Origin: Blastocatellia bacterium AA13
GTDB lineage: Bacteria > Acidobacteriota > Blastocatellia > UBA7656
Assembly (NCBI GenBank): GCA_003222245.1
Contig: QHVH01000004.1
Coordinates: 67,441 to 131,440 of the forward strand
Length of the DNA stretch: 64,000 nt
Reading direction: 5' to 3'
Shown: one piece after another, positions 26,350 to 36,293 of the stretch
Layout: the number at the start of each line of letters is the position of its first letter
Position numbering within the stretch: the first letter of the stretch is position 1
Translations under genes and position numbers: made by a program
The notes under the pieces: generated by a model
Told to the model about the DNA's origin: nothing
The model's input: only the letters and a program-made list of their open reading frames with translations
Database searches by the model: none

Positions 26350-27276
26350 AATCCCTACACGATAGAACACGCACTAGAATGAGACAAGTCATATTGTCTA
26401 TTGATAGTATGTCCCAGTTTTGGGGTTTTGTGCTCGGATTCAAGTCCTTTCTTTCCATTGTATTCGCTCTGAGAGAACCTGAGAAGTAGTAAGCCGGGCA
26501 CAGGCACGCATGGCAAATTGAATTGCTTTCGATGCTGCTCGACGGCCTCCCTTGCCCTCTTCGATCATTTCTCGGAGCGAAGCCAATCGAGCGAGCACGG
26601 CATCCCTCTGAACTGATTTTGCTTGAATCCGTCGAGACCTATTCCGTCCGGGCCGCGGAGTTGTGAAAGTAAGTTATTGCCCTAAACAGAAAGTGTGACC
26701 ATCAACTGAAAGCGACCCGCAAGGTTCGCCGTTGTCGGCGTGCTTCTGAGTGTGGTTTGAGGTTTGCTGCTACGTGGTCGAAGCAGATGTTCGTCGACGC
26801 GTTAATCGTTCTCGGTAAGCCTCCCAGAATGGCCTACTGAAAAAAGCCACAGTTTATAATGTGGACGGAGAGAACATCAGGGTAAAGAAAGGGGCGGGGC
26901 GCTTTGGCTCATGACCGGCCAGCATAAAGAATCTCACCCGCCAACACGCGATCAGAGCAGTCAATGCGTTTGCCCCTATCAGCGTTCGCAGGATTGCAGC
27001 TTGTAAGACCTGACTTCTCGTGCCGAACGCAATCCCGCCAGATGTATTTATTGAAACACGCCGTTCCCGCTGTTTATGGCATTTCATCCCAAGAGACCTT
27101 AACGTGGCGCGCGCTCATCAGAGCGAGCCCGATACATTCTTTACCGCCGGCTTCTACGGCTTCCCGTGAGGGCTTACGCATCTCTCTCTTCGTGTGCCTG
27201 CCCGCGTGGATCAAAGCTGACCGCGGCCAAACCACATCGGGTCTGAATTGAACTTCGGCTTCTCTCAGGAGCGGCT

Positions 27277-28548
27277 TTGACTGTCCGAATACGCCTCAAC
27301 AGCATAGCAGTTCGAATCATCTTCGCGTTGACTGCCGCGGCTTTTTGCATCGCGCTCGTAATGGCCTCGGTAAGCCGATTCGTAGCAGCGACGCTGGCCG
27401 ATGACAGGGCGGTTCCGGATCCGGCGCTGCTTGCGCGGGTCTCCGACTTGTTTCCCGGTTCCGGCAGGCTGCATCAACGAGTCGCCGAATCCGAACTGGC
27501 GAAGGCGGCGCCCGATTCGAAGCTGGCCCGGGATCACGCGCGCTCCGCACTCCGCATCTGCCCAAAGAGCTACAAGAGCGCCGAGCTGCTCGCGGCCGCG
27601 GAAGAGATGGACGGCGACAGCGACGCGGCGGCCGAAACGCTTACACGGGCGTTGCTTGTTGCACCGAATGACGCGGGGCTCCGATGGCGACTGGCGAACG
27701 TGTTGTTGAGAAGGGGCAGGCTCGATGAAGCCGCCGCGCAATTGAAGCTCGCAAGCGCTCTCGATCCTCCGATATTCGCCGCCGCGATGGACGTGCTCTG
27801 GCGGGCTTCAGGCGGGAGCGTTTCTTTGCTCGAAAGGATAACCGGCGGCGCGCCTGATCAGCGCGTTTCGGCCGCGGTCTTCCTGTTGAAGCATTATCGA
27901 ATCGACGAAGCGTGCCGGGTCTTCACGTCGGCGTCCGGGTCTTTCGTTCCAAACTCGAAACGGCTTGAGTTCGTCAACAACCTGATCGAGGCGGACGCAG
28001 CCGCTGAAGCGCGAGCCCTCTGGCTCGGCTTGATTGGAGTGGAGAGCGCGCCGCCGGTTTGGAACCGCGGTTTTGAGACCGACATTAAGACGTTTCGCTG
28101 CCGCTTCGACTGGACGTTGAAGCAATCGGACTTCGCGCGCTTAGCCATCGAATCGGGTACGGGACGAGGAGGCGGGCGAGCTTTGCGACTCGATTTTATG
28201 TCCCGAGACACGCCCAGGCTGGATGACGAACTGAGTCAACTGATCGTTGTTCGTCCCGGAGTCAACTACGAGCTTCGATTCTGGGCAAAGACAGAGCGGT
28301 TCGACGCGGAAGGCGGACCGGTGATCACGGTGGCGGCTGCCGCGAAGCGCGTCATCGGTTTCTCGGAGCCCGTTTCACCGGGATCGGCTGATTGGAGGGC
28401 GTATGCATTTAACTTTGCTACACCGCCGAGTGAAGGCGGACGGCAGGCGGCGCTCGTGATAGGCATACAGCGCCAGCCTCGTTTCGCGTATGAGAAACCG
28501 GCCTCGGGAACTATCTGGCTGGATGATTTCGAGTTAATCGAGAGATGA
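27277..28548 (+). CDS. TPR-repeat protein with C-terminal carbohydrate-binding-like (CBM4/9-type) domain
   Basis: N-terminal TM, RALLVAPNDAGLRWRLANVLLRRGRLDEA, VWNRGFE...SQLIVVRPGVNYELRFWAKT...GTIWLDDFEL; AGGAG RBS before TTG. Confidence 0.7.
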   Translation: MTVRIRLNSIAVRIIFALTAAAFCIALVMASVSRFVAATLADDRAVPDPALLARVSDLFPGSGRLHQRVAESELAKAAPDSKLARDHARSALRICPKSYKSAELLAAAEEMDGDSDAAAETLTRALLVAPNDAGLRWRLANVLLRRGRLDEAAAQLKLASALDPPIFAAAMDVLWRASGGSVSLLERITGGAPDQRVSAAVFLLKHYRIDEACRVFTSASGSFVPNSKRLEFVNNLIEADAAAEARALWLGLIGVESAPPVWNRGFETDIKTFRCRFDWTLKQSDFARLAIESGTGRGGGRALRLDFMSRDTPRLDDELSQLIVVRPGVNYELRFWAKTERFDAEGGPVITVAAAAKRVIGFSEPVSPGSADWRAYAFNFATPPSEGGRQAALVIGIQRQPRFAYEKPASGTIWLDDFELIER

Positions 28549-29921
28549 ACTCCGAAGAAAAACCCATCGGTTCGGATGAAGCTGGCGGAGGCCTCGCGAA
28601 GGCGCTCGGCGTGGGCGTCCTCTCGACCGCCGCGTTTGCGGTCCTTGCTCACGGCGCCGTCGAACCATGGTCCGCGTGGGCGTGCCAGCTCCTGACTGCG
28701 GCGCTTGTATTGATATGGATCATCAAAGCGGTACGAGACCGGTGCGTCAATATTACCGTGCCGGGACCGGTGATTCCGCTGGCCGCGCTTACATGTGTGG
28801 CCGCGCTACAGAGCATCGCCGTGCGCAAGAGCGACGGATCTCTGCTGAGCCTGTCGGTCGATGTGGAAGCGACGCGAGGCGCCGCCCTCATGCTGGCCTT
28901 CGCTCTGCTTGCGTCATTGATGGCGGCTACTTTTATTCAGGGGCGGGCATGGTGGAGGCTCGCCGCTTCGTCGGTTGTCGTGTTCGGATTCCTGCTGGCG
29001 CTGTTCGCATTGCTTCAACACGTATTCTGGAACGGAGCCATTTACTGGCTCCGGCCCGCGCGAGCGATTGCATATGGTCCTTTCGTGAACCGGAATCACT
29101 TTGCGGGGTTCATCGGGATGTTGGCGCCAACGGCTCTTTCTCTCGCGCTGATGGCTCCGATCAGGCGGGAACTGAGGGCGCTTTATCTGTTCGCGGCCCT
29201 ATTCATGGCGCTGGCGGAAGCGGTGTCGGTCTCTCGGGCTGGGATCATGAGCCTGCTGGCGTCGTCGTTGATGGTGATCGTATGCGTCAAGGGTTCGCGG
29301 CGCGAAGACGAAAGTGAAAGTTCGGCGAAGCACAGGGGACGCCTTGTAAAACTAACTCTCGCGGCCGCTCTGTTGATGATCACTGCCGGCGGCATAGTCT
29401 GGATAGGAGCCGATCCGCTTCTAAGCCGGGCCGCGGAAACAATGGGGGCCGCGCGCGGCGTATCGAACATCGCATCGGATCCTGCATCGTTTCTGAGCAG
29501 GGAGTGGATATGGAAGGATGCGTTCGCGATGTTTCGGGCAAATCCGGTTCTTGGAGTGGGCCTGGGCGGATTCGAAACCGCGTATCCTTCATATGGGCAT
29601 GGCAACGGCCGCGTCGTCGTCGATTACGCTCACAATGATTATCTACAGGTTCTGACCGACTGCGGGATTGCGGGAGCCGTTCTTGCGGCCTGGTTTTTGT
29701 TTGCGGTGATACGGAGCATCATCGCGGCAACCAGAACTCGCGAGCCTCTGCTCAGGGCGATTGCCGTAGGCTTTGGCGCCGGCGTCGTCTCGATGCTGGT
29801 TCACAGCGCTTTTGACTTCAACCTTCAAATCCCATCGAACGCGTTGACGTTCTTGATTCTTGTCACTCTTGTATCTGGAATCGCGGGCCGTACAAGGCAA
29901 AGGGCCGCGACCGGCTTCTAA
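28545..29921 (+). CDS. O-antigen ligase / O-oligosaccharyltransferase-like (Wzy_C domain) membrane protein
   Basis: GPFVNRNHFAG, SVSRAG, REWIWKD...PVLGVGLGGF, AHNDYLQ, HSAFDFNLQIPSN. Confidence 0.88.
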   Translation: MNSEEKPIGSDEAGGGLAKALGVGVLSTAAFAVLAHGAVEPWSAWACQLLTAALVLIWIIKAVRDRCVNITVPGPVIPLAALTCVAALQSIAVRKSDGSLLSLSVDVEATRGAALMLAFALLASLMAATFIQGRAWWRLAASSVVVFGFLLALFALLQHVFWNGAIYWLRPARAIAYGPFVNRNHFAGFIGMLAPTALSLALMAPIRRELRALYLFAALFMALAEAVSVSRAGIMSLLASSLMVIVCVKGSRREDESESSAKHRGRLVKLTLAAALLMITAGGIVWIGADPLLSRAAETMGAARGVSNIASDPASFLSREWIWKDAFAMFRANPVLGVGLGGFETAYPSYGHGNGRVVVDYAHNDYLQVLTDCGIAGAVLAAWFLFAVIRSIIAATRTREPLLRAIAVGFGAGVVSMLVHSAFDFNLQIPSNALTFLILVTLVSGIAGRTRQRAATGF

Positions 29922-29948
29922 CGAGATCACGTCAGGCAGGAGGTAACG

Positions 29949-30992
29949 ATGATTCGCCCCGCGATTCACTTCGCTCTAGCGTTCTTACTGGCCGCATCCT
30001 CCCCCGCGCTTGCGGTTGTTGGACAGAGTAAGAGGGCGCAGACGCCTCAGTATCAGCAGCAGCCGGTCACACAGGCAGACGGGGGCGCCGTTGGAGTTCT
30101 TGTGTCGTCCGATGAAGATTACAAGATCGGATCGAGCGACATCGTCGAGATTCGCGTAGACGATGCGCCTGAACTGTCAGGGTTGTTCCGCGTCAGCGCA
30201 TCGGGGCTCGTCGCGATGCCGTTCCTTGGACGCGTGGCAGTAGCGGGCAAAACCGCCGATGAGGTTTCTGATGAGATTGCCGGTCGGCTGCGCGGCCGGT
30301 ATCTCATGAACCCCAATGTGCTGGTGGCGGTCCGGCAAGTCAACAGCCGGGCTTTCTTTGTTCAGGGCGCGGTGCACCGGCCCGGCGTGTATCAGATCGA
30401 AGGGCGTCCGTCGCTGCTTCGGTTGATCACGGTGGCGGGCGGCCTATCCGAGAATCACGGCTCGTCCGCGTTCATAATACGTGAGAACAAGCAACCGCCG
30501 TCGGATGCCGCCGCTCCAGCCGCGGCCCCTGATAATGCGGAGGGCGACGCCAGATATACATTGTTGAGCGCCAACATAAACGGGCTGCTCAAGGGCAGGT
30601 TCGATCAGAACCTGCCGGTCGAGCCGGGCGACATAGTAAACATCCCGCCGACCGATGTTTTCTTTGTTTCAGGAGAGGTAAATGCTCCCGGCTCCTTTCC
30701 TCTGAAAGACGGCACGACGCTGCAACAGGCGCTGTCGCTCGCGCAGGGGGCGACGTTCAAGGGTTCGCTGAAAGACGGGTTGATCTTCAGGGAAGACCCC
30801 TCGACCGGCAAGCGTGAAGAGATCAGGGCCGACTTTGCCGCCGTGATGGGCGGGAAGAAGGAAGACATCGTGATCAAGCCCAACGACGTAATAATGGTTC
30901 CGAACAGCAAATTCAAATCCGCGATGGCTCCGATCCTGAACGCGTTCGGCTACGGCGCATCAGTCGCCGCGGGCGGCCGCGTCATCAGGTGA
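29949..30992 (+). CDS. wza: Polysaccharide export protein (Poly_export + SLBB domains)
   Basis: DYKIGSSD, GLVAMPFLGRVAVAGKT, VQGAVHRPGVY, VSGEVNAPGSF, IKPNDVIMVP. Confidence 0.88.
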   Translation: MIRPAIHFALAFLLAASSPALAVVGQSKRAQTPQYQQQPVTQADGGAVGVLVSSDEDYKIGSSDIVEIRVDDAPELSGLFRVSASGLVAMPFLGRVAVAGKTADEVSDEIAGRLRGRYLMNPNVLVAVRQVNSRAFFVQGAVHRPGVYQIEGRPSLLRLITVAGGLSENHGSSAFIIRENKQPPSDAAAPAAAPDNAEGDARYTLLSANINGLLKGRFDQNLPVEPGDIVNIPPTDVFFVSGEVNAPGSFPLKDGTTLQQALSLAQGATFKGSLKDGLIFREDPSTGKREEIRADFAAVMGGKKEDIVIKPNDVIMVPNSKFKSAMAPILNAFGYGASVAAGGRVIR

Positions 30993-31024
30993 GCCGGTTC
31001 CTCATTCACACAGGAAAGCACGAA

Positions 31025-33418
31025 ATGGCACAAGAGAGAGTGGAACTCGAACGCGTATCGACGGCGCGAGTAGCGCTCGATGCCGCGCCGCCGCCGCGGT
31101 ATCCGGCGCTGGCCGGAGCCGCCGGAACGGAGTACGGCCTTGGATACCCGGAAGAATACGGCCGCATTCATCTGCTCGAGGTGTGGCGAACGATCCGCAA
31201 ACGAAGATGGCTCATCGCGGCCACGGTCGTGATAGTTACCTCAATCGTCACGGTCGAGATGTTCAGGATAAAGACGGCCTATCAGGCCTCCGCGATGATC
31301 GAGATCGGCAAAGACGTTCAGGCCGTACAAGGGCCAAGCGCGGCCGCGGTCCAGGACGACTCCGACAATTTCTATCCGCTGGTCAGAATCAAGACATACA
31401 TGATCGAGTTGAAGAGCAGGCCGCTGCTGTCCGATGTGGCGGCGAGGTTGCGGCTCGATCAACGGCCCGAGTTTCTGGCGGCGGAAGACCGGAGGGGCGT
31501 CTGGAGCGCCATCAAATCGATCGGTGGCAGAAGCGCTCTGCGTGAAGCAGGCGAATCGCCGCCGGAACAGGCTTCGGACGCGGCGGATACGGACAAGCAG
31601 CCCGGTCCGGGAGCCGACGCAAACGATCTCGCGGCCCTCATTCGCGCGCTCGACAAGAATCTTTCGGTCGAGCCTATACGCGACACGCGGGTGATCAAGG
31701 TGGTGTTCACCCATACCGATCCCAAGCTTGCGGCCGAGGTAGTCAACGCGGTCACGCAGAGCTTTATCGCCAGGAGTTTCAGTACCAAGGCTGAAAAGTA
31801 CAACAACGCGGCCAGTTGGCTGGATCGTTCGACCCGCGAGCTCCAGGCAAAAGTGCAGAAGGCCGAGCAGTCGGTCGCCGATTACACGCGCGATCACAAT
31901 ATCTACTCCACCGAAGGGAAAGAGACGCTGACCACGGACAAGCTCTCGCGGCTTCACGACCAGGTGATGCGCGCCGAGACCGATAGACTATTGAAGGGCT
32001 CGCTCTACGAAGAGCTGAACATGGGCAGGCTCGACCGGCTCTCGGAAGCATTCTCGGATCCCAAGATAAGCGAACTCACGAAGATCCGCGGTGAACTGGC
32101 CGCGACGTATGCGCAGTTGAGCGTCAGGTATGGGCCGGAGAATCCGCGGGTGGCCGAGAGCAAAAAGCAGATGGCCGAAATAGACAACCAGATTCGCGCG
32201 AGCCGCGCCTCGCTTGAAGCGCGGTTGAGAGCGGACTATGAAAGGTCCGCCCGCGATGAGGTGTCGCTGAAAGGCGCGCTGGATCGCGCCAAGACCGAAG
32301 CGGCTCGCCAGAATCAGGATGCGATTCAGTACGGCATCCTTAAACAGGACGTCGATACGGCGAAATCGCTGTACACCGAGTTCCTGCAAAAGACGAATCA
32401 GGCGAACCTGGAACTGGCTCAGCAATCGAGCGCGCTTCACGTCATCGAGCCGGCCGAAGTGCCTACGTTCCCGGTCGATGCGAAACGCCTTCAGGGTGTG
32501 CTGATCGCCCTCTTTGTGAGCCTGTGCGCAGGCCTGATCTTCGCGTTCCTGCTGGAGTATCTCGACAACACGATAAAGACGGTTGACGATGTGGCTAGAT
32601 TCGTTCGCCTCCCCGCGCTTGGCGTTATCCCGATGATGACCGCGGGCAAGCGAGGCCTGGGACCGAAGCGGCGCGCGTACGCCCTGGCGGCCGCAGGACC
32701 GGCTGCCCGAGCCTTATTGGCGAGCCAGGCCGAGATCGTGGAATGCGACAGCGCGTCGAGCGCGGCCGAAGCCTACCGCGTCCTGCGGACTTCGGTGCTG
32801 TTGTGCGCGGCCGGCAGCCCGCCAAGGACGATCCTGGTCACCAGCGGCCAACAGGGTGAAGGAAAGACGACCACCGTCATCAATACCGCGGTCTCGCTGG
32901 CCCAGCTTGGCGCAAAAGTTCTGATCATCGATTGCGATCTGCGCCGCCCTTCCGCGCACAAACTGTTCAAGCTGCCCAATACCGCGGGACTGTCGACCTA
33001 CCTCTCGCGGGAGATAGACGTCGAGGCATTGATTCACACACAGGAGCTGAAGAACCTCTCATTATTGCCGTGCGGCCCGATCCCTCCGAATCCGGCCGAG
33101 CTGCTGTCGTCGCAGAAGATGAAAGATCTCCTGTCCGCCATGTCCGAAAGGTTCGATCACGTGCTCATCGATTCTCCGCCGCTGATAAACGTTACCGATC
33201 CCATCATTCTTTCGACCATTGTCGACGGGGTGATTCTGGTCGTTCACGGAGGCAGGAGCACGCGGGACGTCGCCCGCCGGGCTCGTCAGGAACTGGTCAA
33301 CGCAGGCGCGAAGATCTTTGGCGTGGTGCTGAACAACGTAGATATGAGACAGCACAAATACGACGATTATTATTGCTACTACTCGAAACAGTACGACAGC
33401 TACGGTCACGCACAGTGA
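31025..33418 (+). CDS. wzc: Polysaccharide co-polymerase / BY tyrosine kinase (GumC/Wzc)
   Basis: Two TMs flanking a coiled coil, EAYRVLRTS, Walker A GEGKTT, IDCDLRRP, IDSPP, C-terminal Tyr cluster YDDYYCYYSKQYDSY. Confidence 0.93.
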   Translation: MAQERVELERVSTARVALDAAPPPRYPALAGAAGTEYGLGYPEEYGRIHLLEVWRTIRKRRWLIAATVVIVTSIVTVEMFRIKTAYQASAMIEIGKDVQAVQGPSAAAVQDDSDNFYPLVRIKTYMIELKSRPLLSDVAARLRLDQRPEFLAAEDRRGVWSAIKSIGGRSALREAGESPPEQASDAADTDKQPGPGADANDLAALIRALDKNLSVEPIRDTRVIKVVFTHTDPKLAAEVVNAVTQSFIARSFSTKAEKYNNAASWLDRSTRELQAKVQKAEQSVADYTRDHNIYSTEGKETLTTDKLSRLHDQVMRAETDRLLKGSLYEELNMGRLDRLSEAFSDPKISELTKIRGELAATYAQLSVRYGPENPRVAESKKQMAEIDNQIRASRASLEARLRADYERSARDEVSLKGALDRAKTEAARQNQDAIQYGILKQDVDTAKSLYTEFLQKTNQANLELAQQSSALHVIEPAEVPTFPVDAKRLQGVLIALFVSLCAGLIFAFLLEYLDNTIKTVDDVARFVRLPALGVIPMMTAGKRGLGPKRRAYALAAAGPAARALLASQAEIVECDSASSAAEAYRVLRTSVLLCAAGSPPRTILVTSGQQGEGKTTTVINTAVSLAQLGAKVLIIDCDLRRPSAHKLFKLPNTAGLSTYLSREIDVEALIHTQELKNLSLLPCGPIPPNPAELLSSQKMKDLLSAMSERFDHVLIDSPPLINVTDPIILSTIVDGVILVVHGGRSTRDVARRARQELVNAGAKIFGVVLNNVDMRQHKYDDYYCYYSKQYDSYGHAQ

Positions 33419-34581
33419 AGCGGACGGTGTTGCTTGCGGCTGTCGGCGACGTCAACTCGCCCGCGACGTGGAGCGGTATCCCTTTCCATTTTCTTCAGGC
33501 GGCGCGCGGCGCGGGACTGATAAATCAAGGGCTGGCGCTGTCGGCCTCCGGACGAGACTGGAGAATTCGCCGGCTCGCCTGGAATGCCCGCTCGGTTCTG
33601 AAAGGCGATCATCACGGCGGCTATCAGTATTCCCCGGGGTTCCTCGAACGGCTTTGGGAACGTGATCGACGGCGGCTCGGCGGATCCGTAATCGTCAACT
33701 GCTTTCAACTCTTTCCTGACTCGATCGTGCTCGATTCCACGATCGAGAAGTGGTTCTTCATCGATCAGACGCTCACGCAGTTGTTCGATTTCTATGGTGA
33801 ACGGCGCAAGATCGGCTCGTCGATTGCCGCCGATGCCGTCGCAAGGGAACGTGAAGGATACCTGGCCTCGGCTGGAGTTATTGCACATAGCCGATGGGCG
33901 GCTGACAACGTGATCTTCGGCTATGGCGTTCCGCCGGAGAAGGTTCACGTAGCGACGCCGGGAGCCAGCCTTGACGAAGCCGAGTACGAATGTTGGGAAC
34001 GCGAGCGGGCGAAGGAGCCGCGGCGGGCGCCGAATCGGCCGGAAGAGCTCCGGCTGGTCTTCGTCGGCAAGGATTGGCGGCGCAAGGGGCTGGACAGGCT
34101 GCTCGCCGCATTCGGCCTGGCACGGAAGCTCGGCCTTCGAGCCACGCTCCGAGTCATCGGCGTAGCCAGACGCGCCATCCCGGCAAAGTACCGGGACTGT
34201 GACGGCGTTGAATGGGCAGGCTTCATCGACAAGCGGAACCATGCCTCTGAATTCATCAACGCGGTTGCTTCGTGCGATCTTGGCTGTCTTTTGTCCAGGG
34301 CGGAAGCGGGCGGAATCGCTTTCCGTGAGTATCACGCGTTGGGGCTCGGAGCGCTGGGCTCCAATGTTGGAGGCGCGGCCGAGCACATGATTCCCGAAGC
34401 TTCTCTGCTCATGCCGCCCGAGTCGTCTGACGAAGAGATAGCCCGTGCGCTGCTGGCTCTGCAGCGGGAACCCGAGCGGTTGTTGTCGATGCGACGTCAC
34501 GCATGGGAGAGGCGGCGCACGGCGCTCTGGCGAGAATCGATAAGCCGGTTGATGACCTTCTGGCCGCACGCGCCGGACTGA
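33415..34581 (+). CDS. Glycosyltransferase family 4
   Basis: TWSGIPF, FVGKDWRRKGLDRL, SRAEAGGIAFRE; GTG overlaps the wzc stop. Confidence 0.85.
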   Translation: MKRTVLLAAVGDVNSPATWSGIPFHFLQAARGAGLINQGLALSASGRDWRIRRLAWNARSVLKGDHHGGYQYSPGFLERLWERDRRRLGGSVIVNCFQLFPDSIVLDSTIEKWFFIDQTLTQLFDFYGERRKIGSSIAADAVAREREGYLASAGVIAHSRWAADNVIFGYGVPPEKVHVATPGASLDEAEYECWERERAKEPRRAPNRPEELRLVFVGKDWRRKGLDRLLAAFGLARKLGLRATLRVIGVARRAIPAKYRDCDGVEWAGFIDKRNHASEFINAVASCDLGCLLSRAEAGGIAFREYHALGLGALGSNVGGAAEHMIPEASLLMPPESSDEEIARALLALQREPERLLSMRRHAWERRRTALWRESISRLMTFWPHAPD

Positions 34582-34592
34582 GCGATATCACG

Positions 34593-35378
34593 ATGCGGTT
34601 ATCGAGTTTGATAAAGCACGCGCTTCCCTCTGCCGCGGTCAAAGCGCTTGATTGGAGGAAGCGCTTTGAAGCTGCCGGAGTGCCGCCAGCCCAATCGATT
34701 GCATATTCCCTGTCGCGCGCGGCCAGAGCGGATCTGTCGAATTCCCGAATCGAGCAGTTGCCGCCCGAACTGCGGCGGCGAATCCCGCTCGCCGTCGATG
34801 CCGGAGCCAACCGCGGCCAGTGGTTGTCGGCTTTGCGGCGGTTCGCTCGAATCGATCGCGCCGAGGTCTTTGAACCTAACCCCGAGGCGTTTAACGCGTT
34901 GTCGGCCATGTTCGCGACAGATGAGGGCATCAGGTTACACGAGTGCGCATTGGGGGCGGCGCCGGCGCGAATGGCGTTGAACGTGACCGCGTCGTCGGAT
35001 CTCGCTTCATTGTTGAATCCGGCGCACGCGCTTAGAGCCAACTATCCCGGAGGCAGCCGTATTACAGGATCGCTGCCGGTTCAGGTCGTTCGGCTCGATG
35101 ACGTGCTCGGGGAGGATGACCACGTTGACCTGCTGAAGATCGACGTGCAGGGCTTTGAGAAGAATGTGCTCGATGGCGCCCGGCGGACGCTGGCGAGGAC
35201 CAGGGCCATCATCATCGAAATGAACTTTGTTCGCCACTACGAGGGCGAGTTGTCGTTCGGGCCGCTGTACGACCGGCTCATTGACGAGCTCGACTTCGAG
35301 TTCTGGGATATTTCTCCGCCGCATCGAAACACGGACGGCCGCGCGCTGTGGGCGGATGCGGTCTTTGTCAGAGTTTGA
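34593..35378 (+). CDS. FkbM family methyltransferase 1
   Basis: VDAGANRGQW, FEPNP, DLLKIDVQGFE. Confidence 0.9.
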   Translation: MRLSSLIKHALPSAAVKALDWRKRFEAAGVPPAQSIAYSLSRAARADLSNSRIEQLPPELRRRIPLAVDAGANRGQWLSALRRFARIDRAEVFEPNPEAFNALSAMFATDEGIRLHECALGAAPARMALNVTASSDLASLLNPAHALRANYPGGSRITGSLPVQVVRLDDVLGEDDHVDLLKIDVQGFEKNVLDGARRTLARTRAIIIEMNFVRHYEGELSFGPLYDRLIDELDFEFWDISPPHRNTDGRALWADAVFVRV

Positions 35379-35384
35379 AAGAAA

Positions 35385-36293
35385 ATGATCGACGCTTTCG
35401 AGACGCCGTTGGCCGCGCGACTCTTTAAATCTCTCCTTCGGTCCGCGCGGCCCAGGGGTTACATGCGGCTTCTATCCTGGATGGCACGGCTCGCGCCGTC
35501 GATGCGGAGCGTGAAAGTTCGCCTCGACTCCGACAGCTTTCTGGTGCTCGATCTCCGGAAGATAGATCATCAGCCCATCTTTCTGGATGGCGCGGTCACC
35601 TTTGAAGCCCAGGAGCGCGCGCTGCTCCACGCTCTCATTCCGCGCGGCGGCACGGCCATCGACGTAGGCGCGAATCAAGGCGTATACGCTCTCACCCTGG
35701 CCCGGATTGCAGGCGAGGACGGCCTGGTCATCGCCTATGAGCCGGAACCCCAGAGCCTGATCGCAAACGCGGCGCCCTGGTCTCAAATAGTCGTCAGGCC
35801 GTTCGCGGTCGGAAATTCCGAAGGCAGGGTCATATTCAGAAAAGAGAGATCGACCGCACTCTCGCACATCGTTCCCGGCGCCGAACGAAAGGCGCGAGAC
35901 GTGGAACGGCACTGCGTTACCCTGGATGCCGAGCTTCACCGGCTGCGGATCAAGCAGGTCGATTTCATCAAGATCGACGTCGAAGGCGGCGAAGACCGCG
36001 TCCTGATGGGCGCAGCCGCGTTGCTTGGCTCAACAGACCCGCCGGTGGTGATGTTTGAAATCGTCCCGGCCTTTCGCTCGCGCTGGGTAATGGGAGCGAT
36101 CGAGGCCTTGAGCCGGGTTACTCGCCGGCCGTGGCGCCTGTTTCGAGTTGGATGGGGGAAACCCACGGGTGAACTCCTGGACGGCAAGGAGCCCGACGGG
36201 CCTTGCAACATCATAGCGTTTCCGCCTTCAAGAGAGGCCGCGCTCATTCGCTTCCTGGCGCACACTATGCCGCCCGCTCTTCATAGAAGATGA
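35385..36293 (+). CDS. FkbM family methyltransferase 2
   Basis: IDVGANQGVY, AYEPEP, DFIKIDVEGGE. Confidence 0.9.
   Translation: MIDAFETPLAARLFKSLLRSARPRGYMRLLSWMARLAPSMRSVKVRLDSDSFLVLDLRKIDHQPIFLDGAVTFEAQERALLHALIPRGGTAIDVGANQGVYALTLARIAGEDGLVIAYEPEPQSLIANAAPWSQIVVRPFAVGNSEGRVIFRKERSTALSHIVPGAERKARDVERHCVTLDAELHRLRIKQVDFIKIDVEGGEDRVLMGAAALLGSTDPPVVMFEIVPAFRSRWVMGAIEALSRVTRRPWRLFRVGWGKPTGELLDGKEPDGPCNIIAFPPSREAALIRFLAHTMPPALHRR

Noticed and set aside
26820-27270. TATAAT at 26855 and short ORFs upstream of the polysaccharide operon; searched for an ops/JUMPstart element
   Set aside because: No matching -35 or TG extension, no GGCGGTAG seen, ORFs lack support.
32932-33414. Long N-terminal extensions in the ORF track (also 15856, 46251, 48176, 52345, 56868)
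   Set aside because: They overlap upstream genes or lack an RBS; downstream starts with RBS or stop/start overlaps fit the family N-termini better.
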